In this document: one piece after another, positions 32,080-40,896 of the stretch
Numbering within the stretch: the stretch's first letter is position 1
How the letters are laid out: every line of letters begins with the position of its first letter
From: Gemmatimonadota bacterium
GTDB lineage: Bacteria > Gemmatimonadota > Gemmatimonadetes > Palauibacterales > Palauibacteraceae
Direction: 5' to 3'
DNA length: 64,000 nt
Assembly: GCA_046758745.1 (NCBI GenBank)
Contig: JBHIAV010000004.1
Coordinates: 1 to 64,000, forward strand
Notes under the pieces: generated by a model
Database searches by the model: none
Told to the model about the DNA's origin: nothing
Seen by the model: only the letters and a program-made list of their open reading frames with translations
Program-made: the position numbers and the translations under genes

Positions 32080-32245
32080 CTTGCCCGCTCCCCGGAGCCG
32101 CCGTGGACTTCACGCACGCCGAGATATGCCCTCGGCCGCCACCCGGCCGGTTGGTGCCGGCGTCGAGCACGAGCGTAGTGCGATCCGCCTCGCGGCGCGG
32201 TCCTTCCGCCCCGAAGACCCGAAGGTGGGACGCTCCGAGGGCAGC
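32080..32245 (-). pseudogene. Possible heavily deleted plsX relic
   Basis: Out-of-frame peptides ADRTTLVLDAGTN and AYLGVREVHGGSGERA resemble two PlsX motifs, at the usual plsX position between rpmF and fabD. Confidence 0.4.
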
Positions 32246-32248
32246 CGG

Positions 32249-32431
32249 TTAGAACTCCTCCGTGTGAACCACCTCGCGCTCGCCGTAGTAGCCGCAACTC
32301 GGGCACACCCGGTGCGGGCGCCGCGGATCGCCGCAGCGCGGACAGGCCTGATGGGCGGGAATCGCCGAACGTTGATGGGTGCGGCGCTTCCGCTTTCTCT
32401 GCTTCGACGTCTTCCTCTTTGGTACCGCCAT
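32249..32431 (-). CDS. rpmF: 50S ribosomal protein L32 (Zn-ribbon form)
   Basis: 'MAVPKRKTSK', CPRC...HRVCPSCGYY. Confidence 0.97.
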   Translation of the reverse strand: MAVPKRKTSKQRKRKRRTHQRSAIPAHQACPRCGDPRRPHRVCPSCGYYGEREVVHTEEF

Positions 32432-32491
32432 GCCTCGTCTATCCTCCCGCAGCCCGGGTTCACGCCGGCGGCTGTGCGGCCGGCGCCTCGT

Positions 32492-33043
32492 TCAATCTTG
32501 CCGCATCAGCTCCTTCAGCCGCATCCAGCGGGGATCGCCCCTCTCCTCCCGGCAGCCGCACGGGCTGTCGTTGAGATTCGCTCCACATCGGGGGCACAGC
32601 CCCCGGCAGTCGTCGCGACACAGCGGGAACTCGGGAACCGCCAGCAGAAGCTCCTCTCGCAGCGCATCGCGCAGGTCGAGCTCGTTCGACACGGGCTCCA
32701 GCCCGAACACGCCCTCCTCTTCCTTGCCCGCCTCGACCCGCGGCTCGAACCAGAGGTCCAGGGGGAGAGGAAGAGTCGTCTCGATGGAGCGCAGGCAGCG
32801 GCGGCACTCCAGCTCGACGGTCGCCCGCAGACTCCCGGTCACGTGGACACCCCCGTCTCCGGATGCCGTCGCCGTCGCGTCGAGCACCGGATCGCCGCGC
32901 AGCCGAAGTCCCGGCACGGACCAGAACTCCGCGTCCGACGGAAGCGGCCCCGACAGAGCGACCGGCCGTTCCGCAAGGCGGTCGAGCCGGATCGTGCAAT
33001 CCACGGAGCGGTGATACATAGGCGGCAGCCCCGAGTCTGTCAA
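32492..33043 (-). CDS. YceD/DUF177 family protein
   Basis: 'ECRRCL', 'LCRDDCRGLCPRCG', 'DPRW'; upstream of rpmF; start uncertain. Confidence 0.92.
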   Translation of the reverse strand: MTDSGLPPMYHRSVDCTIRLDRLAERPVALSGPLPSDAEFWSVPGLRLRGDPVLDATATASGDGGVHVTGSLRATVELECRRCLRSIETTLPLPLDLWFEPRVEAGKEEEGVFGLEPVSNELDLRDALREELLLAVPEFPLCRDDCRGLCPRCGANLNDSPCGCREERGDPRWMRLKELMRQD

Positions 33044-33046
33044 ACG

Positions 33047-33466
33047 CTAGGGAAGATCCGCGGCCGGGAAGAAGAAGGCCAGCTCGAATGCCGCGTTCTC
33101 GTCCGAGTCGGAGGCATGGATCGCGTTCCGCTCCACGCTCTCCGCATACAGGGCACGGATGGTCCCGGGCTCCGCTTCCGCCGGGTCCGTCGCGCCGATC
33201 ACCCGACGAAGCTTCGTCACCGCATCCTCGCACTCGAGGGCGAGGGGCATGCATGGCCCCGAGGTCATGAAGCGGATGAGCGGTGCGAAGAACGGTCGCT
33301 CGCGATGGACGGCGTAGAAGCGGCCGGCCTGCGTCTCGTTCAGGTGAAGAACTCGGGCCGCCAGCACCCGGAACCCTTCCCCCTCGAGGCGGGCGAGGAT
33401 CTTTCCCGCCAGCCCCGCTCCGAAGGCGTCCGGCTTGATGATGGCCAGGGTGCGCGAGGCGCTCAT
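33047..33466 (-). CDS. ndk: Nucleoside diphosphate kinase
   Basis: 'RTLAIIKPDA', 'GTIR', 'NAIHASDS'. Confidence 0.97.
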   Translation of the reverse strand: MSASRTLAIIKPDAFGAGLAGKILARLEGEGFRVLAARVLHLNETQAGRFYAVHRERPFFAPLIRFMTSGPCMPLALECEDAVTKLRRVIGATDPAEAEPGTIRALYAESVERNAIHASDSDENAAFELAFFFPAADLP

Positions 33467-33548
33467 CGCTGCGATTCTATCCTTTCGCGGAGCCTAGCAG
33501 CGCCCCCATCGAGAGACGACCCTCGAGGACGGGGCGGTCCGTTTCGGC

Positions 33549-34418
33549 TCACAGCCACGTCCGGATGTAACCTACGATGTCCGCGGGCCGCTGCGCGACG
33601 GCGATCCCGCACTCCCGGAAGACCCGCATCTTCTCCTCGGCCGTCCCGTCCGAGCCCGAGATGATGGCTCCGGCATGCCCCATGCGTCGTCCGGGGGGGG
33701 CGGTCTGACCGGCGATGAACCCGACCACGGGCTTCTTCATCTCCTCCTTCACGAAGCGCGCCGCGTCCTGTTCATCAGACCCCCCGATCTCGCCGATCAT
33801 GGCCACCGCGACGGTCTCTTCGTCTCTCTCGAAACACTCGAGACAGTCACGGAAGCTCGTCCCTATGAGCGGGTCGCCCCCGATCCCCACACAGGTGGAT
33901 TGCCCGATGCCCGCTCCGGTGAGCTGGTGGATCACCTCGTACGTCAGGGTGCCGGACCGGCTGACGATCCCGATCGGTCCCGGCCGCACGATCTGGCCGG
34001 GAAGGATCCCGACCTTGCACACGCCAGGGGCGATGAGGCCGGGACAGTTCGGCCCGATGAGGCGTGCTCCTTTCTCGCGCACGTACGGGAGAGCCCGCAT
34101 CATGTCGCGTACCGGGATCCCCTCCGTGATGCACACGATGAGGGCGATTCCTGCGTCGGCCGCTTCCATGATCGCGTCCGCGGCGAAGCGAGCCGGCACG
34201 TAGATGACGCTCGTGTTCGCCGCGCGTTCCTCGACCGCCTGCGCGACCGTGTTGAAGATAGGCACGGAACCGTCGAAGGTCTGCCCGCCTTTACCCGGCG
34301 TCACCCCAGCCACCACCCGCGTGCCGTACCTGATCATCTGCCGCCCGTGGAAGGAGCCGTCTCGACCCGTGATCCCCTGGACCACCAGCCGCGTATCTTC
34401 TCCTATGAAGATGCTCAT
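33549..34418 (-). CDS. sucD: Succinyl-CoA ligase alpha subunit
   Basis: 'QGITG', 'GPNCPG', 'RMGHAGA'. Confidence 0.97.
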   Translation of the reverse strand: MSIFIGEDTRLVVQGITGRDGSFHGRQMIRYGTRVVAGVTPGKGGQTFDGSVPIFNTVAQAVEERAANTSVIYVPARFAADAIMEAADAGIALIVCITEGIPVRDMMRALPYVREKGARLIGPNCPGLIAPGVCKVGILPGQIVRPGPIGIVSRSGTLTYEVIHQLTGAGIGQSTCVGIGGDPLIGTSFRDCLECFERDEETVAVAMIGEIGGSDEQDAARFVKEEMKKPVVGFIAGQTAPPGRRMGHAGAIISGSDGTAEEKMRVFRECGIAVAQRPADIVGYIRTWL

Positions 34419-34463
34419 CCTCGCTCTGCGTCTCTTCGATTCCTCGTCCAAGCGGACACGCGG

Positions 34464-35594
34464 TCAGGCAGCGGCCTCCACCGCTCGCTTCACCGCCTCA
34501 TCCATGTCCGTCATCGCCTGGAGACCGCGCTCACTCAGGATGCGAACGGCCTCTTCCTCGTTCGTGCCGGTGAGCCGGATGACGATCGGGAGTGGAATGT
34601 CGATGCGGCGCATCGCCTCGACGATCCCATTCGCCACGTCGTCGCACCGGGTGATCCCGCCGAAGATGTTGAAGAGGATAGCCCGCACGTTCCGATCGGA
34701 TGTGATGATCTCGAGCGCGCTGACGACCTTGTCCGGGTTCGAGGAACCTCCGATGTCGAGAAAGTTGGCGGGGCTGCCACCGTAGTGCTTGACCAGGTCC
34801 ATGGTGGCCATCGCGAGGCCGGCTCCGTTCACGCAGCATGCCACGCTGCCGTCGAGCTTGATGTAGCTGAGCCCCGAGGTGCGGGCCTTCCGCTCCGAAG
34901 CGGCTTCGGCCGCCTCGTCCCGCATCTCCGCGATCTCCGGAAGCCGGAAGAGGGCGTTGTCATCGATGTTCATCTTGGCGTCGATGGCGAGGACCTCTCC
35001 TTCGCACGTCACGATCAGCGGGTTGATCTCGACCAGCGTGGCGTCGGAGGCCTCATACGCCCTCCACAGCCTCCCGATGATCTCCCCGGCCTGCTTCGCC
35101 TGCCCGGGATCGTCATACAGGCGATAGCCCATGGCAGCCGCCTGATGCGGGAGGAGACCGTAGCGAGGGTCTATCGACAGCCGGTGGATCGCCTCCGGCT
35201 TGGTCGCCGCGACCTCCTCGATGTCGATCCCCCCTTCGCCGGACACCATGAGCACGGGCGTCTGGGTCCGGCGGTCGAGTACGATCCCGACGTACGCCTC
35301 GGAGGCGATGTCGGCGGCCGGCGTGACGAGCACCGCCCGCACCTCGAGGTCCTTGATCCTCATCCCGAGGATGCTGGCCGCGGCTCCGCCGGCCGCTTCC
35401 GGGGTCTTCACGACCTTGACGCCTCCCGCCTTTCCGCGGCCGCTGGCGTGCACCTGGGCCTTCACCACCACGTCTCCGCTGTACCCTCGGGCTACCGCCT
35501 CCGCCTCCTCCGGCGACCGGGCGACCCCGCCGGGAGGCACCGGTATGCCGTGCGACCGCAGGATCTCCTTGGCCTGATACTCGTGGATGTTCAC
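34464..35594 (-). CDS. sucC: Succinyl-CoA ligase beta subunit
   Basis: 'NIHEYQAK', 'GRGKAGG', 'NGAGLAMATMD', 'NIFGGI'; GTG at 35594. Confidence 0.97.
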   Translation of the reverse strand: MNIHEYQAKEILRSHGIPVPPGGVARSPEEAEAVARGYSGDVVVKAQVHASGRGKAGGVKVVKTPEAAGGAAASILGMRIKDLEVRAVLVTPAADIASEAYVGIVLDRRTQTPVLMVSGEGGIDIEEVAATKPEAIHRLSIDPRYGLLPHQAAAMGYRLYDDPGQAKQAGEIIGRLWRAYEASDATLVEINPLIVTCEGEVLAIDAKMNIDDNALFRLPEIAEMRDEAAEAASERKARTSGLSYIKLDGSVACCVNGAGLAMATMDLVKHYGGSPANFLDIGGSSNPDKVVSALEIITSDRNVRAILFNIFGGITRCDDVANGIVEAMRRIDIPLPIVIRLTGTNEEEAVRILSERGLQAMTDMDEAVKRAVEAAA

Positions 35595-36589
35595 GGCCCA
35601 CCCCTCGTTCGCTCTTTCCTCGTTCTGCTGCCATCGCTCGCGTCTGCCACGATCGTCGTGCCCGTTCGACCACCGAGCGCCGCCGGGCCATCCGCCAGCT
35701 CGCCGATCACCGCCCGCTCGCCCCCACGCTCCACGAAGCTCACTGCGGCCTCGAGCTTCGGCCCCAGGCTCCCCCCCCCCCCTCCGCCCGCCGAGAGGCG
35801 GGCGCGCGCCGCCGAGATCGTCAGTCTCGGTATGCGGCGCGCTTCCGGGCGCCCGAAGCGCTCGTACACTCCATCGACATCCGTCAGGATGAGGAGTACC
35901 CGCGCTCCGATCGCCTCCGCCAGGATCGCCGCGGCCCGGTCCTTGTCCACCACCGCGTCGACGCCTTCCAGGCCGAGCCGCGGGTCGCGGTAGGCCGGGA
36001 TCCCACCACCCCCCGCCGCGATCACGATATCGCCCCGGTTCACCAGCTCCTCGACGACGCCCGCCTCCACGATCTCGATGGGCTCCGGACTCGCCACCAC
36101 CCGGCGGAGTCCGCCTTTGGCGTCGGCGTGCACCAGGACCCCTTCGGCCTGTAGCCGCTCCGCCGCGGCGGCCGAAAGAGTCCGACCGATGAACTTGGAC
36201 GGGGACCGGAGGGAGGGGTCCTCGGGATCGACCAGAACCTGCGTGACCACGGTGACGACGCGGCGGGAGACTCCGGCCCGCTCGAGCGCGTTCTGCAGCG
36301 ACTGCTGGATCATGTATCCGATCGACCCCGCCGTCGCCGCCACCAGCACGCCGAGAGGGAGCGGGCTCACCACGTCGCTCGCCCGCTCGTTGCGCAGGAG
36401 CGCGTCCCCGACCTGCGGGCCGTTCCCGTGCACCACCGCGATCCTCCACCCCTCCCGGGCGAACTCGACGATCGAGGTGAGGCTTTCCCGCGTGTGGCGA
36501 AACTGGTTCGACACCGCCGCCGACTCCCCGGCCGGGGAGAGGGCGTTCCCCCCGATCGCCACCACTACGGTCCGCTCACCCCGCGTCAC
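35591..36589 (-). CDS. arcC: Carbamate kinase
   Basis: 'VAIGGNAL', 'HGNGPQVG', 'RRVVASPEP', 'GGGGIP', 'AVVDKD'; GTG at 36589. Confidence 0.93.
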   Translation of the reverse strand: MTRGERTVVVAIGGNALSPAGESAAVSNQFRHTRESLTSIVEFAREGWRIAVVHGNGPQVGDALLRNERASDVVSPLPLGVLVAATAGSIGYMIQQSLQNALERAGVSRRVVTVVTQVLVDPEDPSLRSPSKFIGRTLSAAAAERLQAEGVLVHADAKGGLRRVVASPEPIEIVEAGVVEELVNRGDIVIAAGGGGIPAYRDPRLGLEGVDAVVDKDRAAAILAEAIGARVLLILTDVDGVYERFGRPEARRIPRLTISAARARLSAGGGGGGSLGPKLEAAVSFVERGGERAVIGELADGPAALGGRTGTTIVADASDGSRTRKERTRGGP

Positions 36590-39366
36590 GGCAGCCCTTC
36601 GAGCGAGTCCGCCGGGAGTTCGGGCCTCTTCTCCGGCCGGACGCGAGCCTGGGACTCCGTCCGCCCTCCCGCCGCCCGCTCCGTGGGTCCGGCTCCGCCC
36701 GTCTCGATCCACGCTCGGATCTCCTCCCAGATCTCGGCGAACGTCCCGAGGTCGCCCCTGCGCAGGGCTTCGTCCGCGGCACGCAGCCGTTCGACCAGCC
36801 CGGAGATGGCCGGGCGGCCCGGTGCTGTGTCCTCTGGCCGTTCCGCCACGGCCGGAGAGGGCGCCTCGGAGAGCGGAACGGGTCCGAAAAGGCTGCGCAA
36901 CGCCCCCTCCAGCGTCTCGCTCATGGCGACGCGATCCCCGGCGGAAGCGATCACCCGCTTGAGGCCGGGCGCAGCCCCCTCCTGGTCCTCGGCCTCCAGG
37001 AAGAGCGGCTCCACGTAGAGAAGGAAGCCCTCGACCGGCACGAGGAGCAGGTGGCCGCGCGTCGCCCGAGAGCCGAGCTGTCGCCACAGAGAGAGCTGCT
37101 GCGAGATGATCGGGTCCTGATCGATCTGCACCTCGACCTGGCGCGGCCCGAAGAGCTGGCGGAGTGCGGCGGCTCGAAAGAGCGCGAGCTCGCCGTAATG
37201 CTCCCCGTCGTTCCTGACGATGAGAAACGCGGCCAGGTTGTCACGGTTCCGGGGGGTGAACGGCACGGTGAGGAGGAACTCCGGCACCGATCCCTCGGCG
37301 CCGGGAAAGGGCATCAGCAGGTAGTAGGGCTCCACCGGGGCCGGCCGTCCCTGGTACACCTCCTTGGCAAGGCTCCACAGGTCCTGCGCCCGGTAGAACT
37401 CCTCCGGCTCCACCAGATGGTACGCCTCGAGGATCTGCGCCTGCACGCGCAGCAGCGCCCTAGGATAGCGCAGGTGCCGCCGGAGGGACTCGGGCATCCT
37501 CTCCCGGTCCAGGAACAGCCCGGGGAACGCCGACGCGAAGGTCCTCAGCAGCGGGTCGGACGGGCTGAGGGCGTAGAAGCGCACCTCGCCCGTGACCCCG
37601 TCGACCACCGCCTTCACGGCGTCGCGGACGTAGTTCACGCGCTCGCCGCGCAGCTCCGCCGATTGGGCCAGGGAGAAGCGTGAGGTGACGGCGTAGATGT
37701 CGAGCAGCCACTTGATGCGTCCCTCGTCGATCACCGGCACCGGATCCGGATCGACGAGCAGGAACGGCACCAACCTCTGGACGCGCTCGACCACCTGCCT
37801 GCGCCACATGAGCACGGCGGACCCCTCGGTCGGACGTCGAAGGAAGACGTTCTTGGAGCCCAGGGCCCACGCGAAGGCCAGCCGCCTGAGCGGGCTGTCG
37901 ATGGGCACTCCGACGGCTGCGAGACCCTCCGGCATCGAATCGACCGGCACGATCACGTACTGCGTGCTTCGCTCCCCGAAGTAGACCCGCGGCTCGTGGA
38001 TCTCGATCCCCTCGGGAGCGTCCGGAGAGACGAGTGGCGGGAGGTCGCGCAGGAAGTACTCTGGCTCGCCGCCGCTCGTCACCCGATCGGCCGGACTCGC
38101 CACCGCCCCCTGCCCGTGGGTGTAGCGCAGGTGCAGGTTGAGCCACGTGCGCGCTGAAGCCGCCAGGCGGCCCGGGGAGAATTCCCGCACCGCGATGGCC
38201 ACCTGCTCCTGTCGCCCCGGCGGGCCGTACCGGTCGTTGTCCACGTCGGGAAACTCGTGGTACGCCAGGAGCCCCTGGAGCTGGTTGTAGGTCGCCTGGA
38301 GGGGACGCTCATCCCACAGCGGGAGTCCTGCCGTCCAGCGCCGAACCACCTCGAGCTCCGGGGGACGGTCGTCCACGCGATATGGCCGCTCCACCAGGTC
38401 GTGGACCGCGAACGCCGTACGTGTGGCGGCCACGTTCGCCGCGATGAAGGGACGCTCCAGCTCGAGCTCGTTCGGATCGACCCTGAAGCGCTGTATGAGG
38501 TCGGGATAGATCCCCACTCCGACAGGCCACACGACCGCGAGGACGCCGAGGGCCGAGAGCGCGAGGTTCCACTTCCCGGTCCGCTCGCTGTACAGAAGCA
38601 CGACGGCCGCCAGAAGCGCCAGCACGGCGACGAGGCGACGCGCGGGGATGGCACCGTAGACGGTCGCGTACGTGATCGGCCCCGAGCTCACCGCCTCGAA
38701 CGCCGAGAGACCGAAGTGCGCGGCCATGAGGAAGAGCGCCGCAGCGCCGAGCGCTGCCAGCCGGCGACGTGCAAACGGCTCTACCCGGAGGGTCTTGGGC
38801 CCGGTCTGGATCCGACCCGTCACCGAGAAGATCGCGGTCACCGCAAGCGCCATCCACACGAAGAGGGAGAGGGCGAGGGACCACAGCGTCCTCAAAGTGG
38901 GAAGCAGAAAGACGTAGAAGCGGGGGTCTCTCCCCAGCACGGGATCCGGAGCACCCCACGCGGGGGCGTGCGCCAGGAAAAGGACGCGCTCTGCAAGCGT
39001 CCCCGCGACGGGGGCGGCCACCAGCAGCGCCGCCACCACGGCCACGGCCATCGTGGCGACGCGGACCTGTCTCTTCGGCAACGCCTCTGCGATCACCAGA
39101 TCTCCCAGCCGTCGCCGCACCTGAATCGGGCCCACCCGGCGGGCGATCCCCCACAGCACCGCGAAAAGCGTGGCGGCCGCCGCGCCTACCACCGCCAGCC
39201 AGGAGGCGAGGCGCGCGAGCTCCAGTCTCCAGAATCGGGACGAGTAGCCGAGAGAGCGGAACCACCCCAGCTCCGCGTAGAACTCGACCGCCAGCTGCCC
39301 GGCGACCAGGAGGCCTACCAGGATCAGGCCGCCGTACAGCAGGAGCCGCCCCCGCGTCCCGATCAT
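36586..39366 (-). CDS. UPF0182 family membrane protein
   Basis: 'WFRSLGYS', 'PNELELERPFI', 'HLRYTHG', 'PRVYFGE', 'NYVRDAVKAVVD', 'LYVEPLFL'. Confidence 0.92.
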   Translation of the reverse strand: MIGTRGRLLLYGGLILVGLLVAGQLAVEFYAELGWFRSLGYSSRFWRLELARLASWLAVVGAAAATLFAVLWGIARRVGPIQVRRRLGDLVIAEALPKRQVRVATMAVAVVAALLVAAPVAGTLAERVLFLAHAPAWGAPDPVLGRDPRFYVFLLPTLRTLWSLALSLFVWMALAVTAIFSVTGRIQTGPKTLRVEPFARRRLAALGAAALFLMAAHFGLSAFEAVSSGPITYATVYGAIPARRLVAVLALLAAVVLLYSERTGKWNLALSALGVLAVVWPVGVGIYPDLIQRFRVDPNELELERPFIAANVAATRTAFAVHDLVERPYRVDDRPPELEVVRRWTAGLPLWDERPLQATYNQLQGLLAYHEFPDVDNDRYGPPGRQEQVAIAVREFSPGRLAASARTWLNLHLRYTHGQGAVASPADRVTSGGEPEYFLRDLPPLVSPDAPEGIEIHEPRVYFGERSTQYVIVPVDSMPEGLAAVGVPIDSPLRRLAFAWALGSKNVFLRRPTEGSAVLMWRRQVVERVQRLVPFLLVDPDPVPVIDEGRIKWLLDIYAVTSRFSLAQSAELRGERVNYVRDAVKAVVDGVTGEVRFYALSPSDPLLRTFASAFPGLFLDRERMPESLRRHLRYPRALLRVQAQILEAYHLVEPEEFYRAQDLWSLAKEVYQGRPAPVEPYYLLMPFPGAEGSVPEFLLTVPFTPRNRDNLAAFLIVRNDGEHYGELALFRAAALRQLFGPRQVEVQIDQDPIISQQLSLWRQLGSRATRGHLLLVPVEGFLLYVEPLFLEAEDQEGAAPGLKRVIASAGDRVAMSETLEGALRSLFGPVPLSEAPSPAVAERPEDTAPGRPAISGLVERLRAADEALRRGDLGTFAEIWEEIRAWIETGGAGPTERAAGGRTESQARVRPEKRPELPADSLEGLP

Positions 39367-39451
39367 CCTCCCTACCCCCCGCGGCACGGGCCGACCCCGC
39401 GCGCAGCGCGAAAGACGGAACGGTGCCCTCCGAGCGCCGGCCTCGGCTGCC

Positions 39452-40837
39452 TCACCGGCCCCCGACTCCCTCGAGCTCGGGCACGGCCACCCCGTCCGAG
39501 GCCATGTGCTCGGCGATCTCGTCCCGAATCTCCCGCAGCGCCGCCACCGTGTCCGCCTCGAAGCGCAGGACGATGACCGGCTGTGTATTGCTCGCCCGGA
39601 TCAGCGCCCAACCACCCTCGAACTGGATCCGCGCCCCATCGATCTGATTGACGTCGTGCGTCTTCCGGTATCTCTCGACCGCGCGGGAGACGATCTCGAA
39701 CTTGCGCTCCTCGGGGACCTCGACGCGGAGCTCGGGCGTGGACGGGTACTCGGGGATGCGAGCGGCGAGCTCGGAGAGCGGCCGCCCGCTCCGCTGGACC
39801 ATCTGCGCTAGACGAGCCGCGGCGTAGATTGCGTCGTCGAATCCGAAGTAATTGTCTGCAAAGCAGATATGTCCGCTCATCTCACCTGCTACAGGAGAGC
39901 CGGACCGCCGCATCCGCTCCTTGATGAGAGAGTGGCCGGTCTTCCACATGACGGGGACACCGCCAGCCGCCGCGATCATCTCCGGAAGGGCCTTCGAGCA
40001 CTTGACGTCGAAGATGATCTCGGCGCCGGGAGCGCGCGGGAGCACGTCGAGGGCGAACAGCAGCAGGAGTCTGTCGCCTCGCACGATCTCCCCCTTCTCG
40101 GTGACGGCTCCGATTCTGTCGGCGTCGCCGTCCAGCCCGACGCCGAGCGCCGCTCCCGATCGGCGCACCATGGCGATGAGGTCCATCAGGTTCGCATCCA
40201 CCGTCGGGTCGGGGTGATGGTTGGGAAAGGTACCGTCCGACTCGCAGTACAGGCAGTCCACGCGCGCTCCAGCCGCCATCAGCGCCTGCGGGGCGGCCAC
40301 GCTTCCGGCGCCATTGCCGCAGTCGAGGACGACATGCAGGGGCTCGTCGAGGTGGGCCCGGGCACCGATCTCCTCGATGTACCGGCTCAGGATCTCCTCG
40401 CTCCGGTGGGTCCCCGATCCGTCGGCGAAACGGTCGGACTCCACCGCCGACCGGAGCTCCTGGATGGCGGCACCGTACAGGGTCCGTTCGCCGACCATCA
40501 TCTTGATCCCGTTGTACTCGGGAGGATTGTGGGAGCCGGTGATCTGGATGCCGCCGTCGGTCTTCAGCTCGAGGGCGGCGAAGTAGAGGGCGGGGGTCGG
40601 TACCGTTCCCACGAGGATCGTATCGACTCCCGACCGATTGAGGCCCTCGCACAGAGCCGCCGCCAGCTCCGAAGAGGTCGGCCGGTTGTCGTGCCCGACC
40701 GCGACGCGCATGCGCGGCCCGACATCCACGCGCGAGGCGTAGGCGCGTCCCACGGCGTATGCCACCGCCGGCGTGAGGTCCTCCCCGACGACGCCGCGGA
40801 TGTCATACTCCCGGAAGATGGTCTTCGATACCTCCAT
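39452..40837 (-). CDS. Phosphomannomutase/phosphoglucomutase (AlgC-like)
   Basis: 'FREYDIRG', 'TGSHNP', 'DGDADR', 'GEMSGH', 'RASNTQP'. Confidence 0.95.
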   Translation of the reverse strand: MEVSKTIFREYDIRGVVGEDLTPAVAYAVGRAYASRVDVGPRMRVAVGHDNRPTSSELAAALCEGLNRSGVDTILVGTVPTPALYFAALELKTDGGIQITGSHNPPEYNGIKMMVGERTLYGAAIQELRSAVESDRFADGSGTHRSEEILSRYIEEIGARAHLDEPLHVVLDCGNGAGSVAAPQALMAAGARVDCLYCESDGTFPNHHPDPTVDANLMDLIAMVRRSGAALGVGLDGDADRIGAVTEKGEIVRGDRLLLLFALDVLPRAPGAEIIFDVKCSKALPEMIAAAGGVPVMWKTGHSLIKERMRRSGSPVAGEMSGHICFADNYFGFDDAIYAAARLAQMVQRSGRPLSELAARIPEYPSTPELRVEVPEERKFEIVSRAVERYRKTHDVNQIDGARIQFEGGWALIRASNTQPVIVLRFEADTVAALREIRDEIAEHMASDGVAVPELEGVGGR

Positions 40838-40896
40838 GTGCACCTCGTAGGGTCGAAGGCATGTGGTGTGGACCAGCAGGAGGGAGGGAGCCCGTG

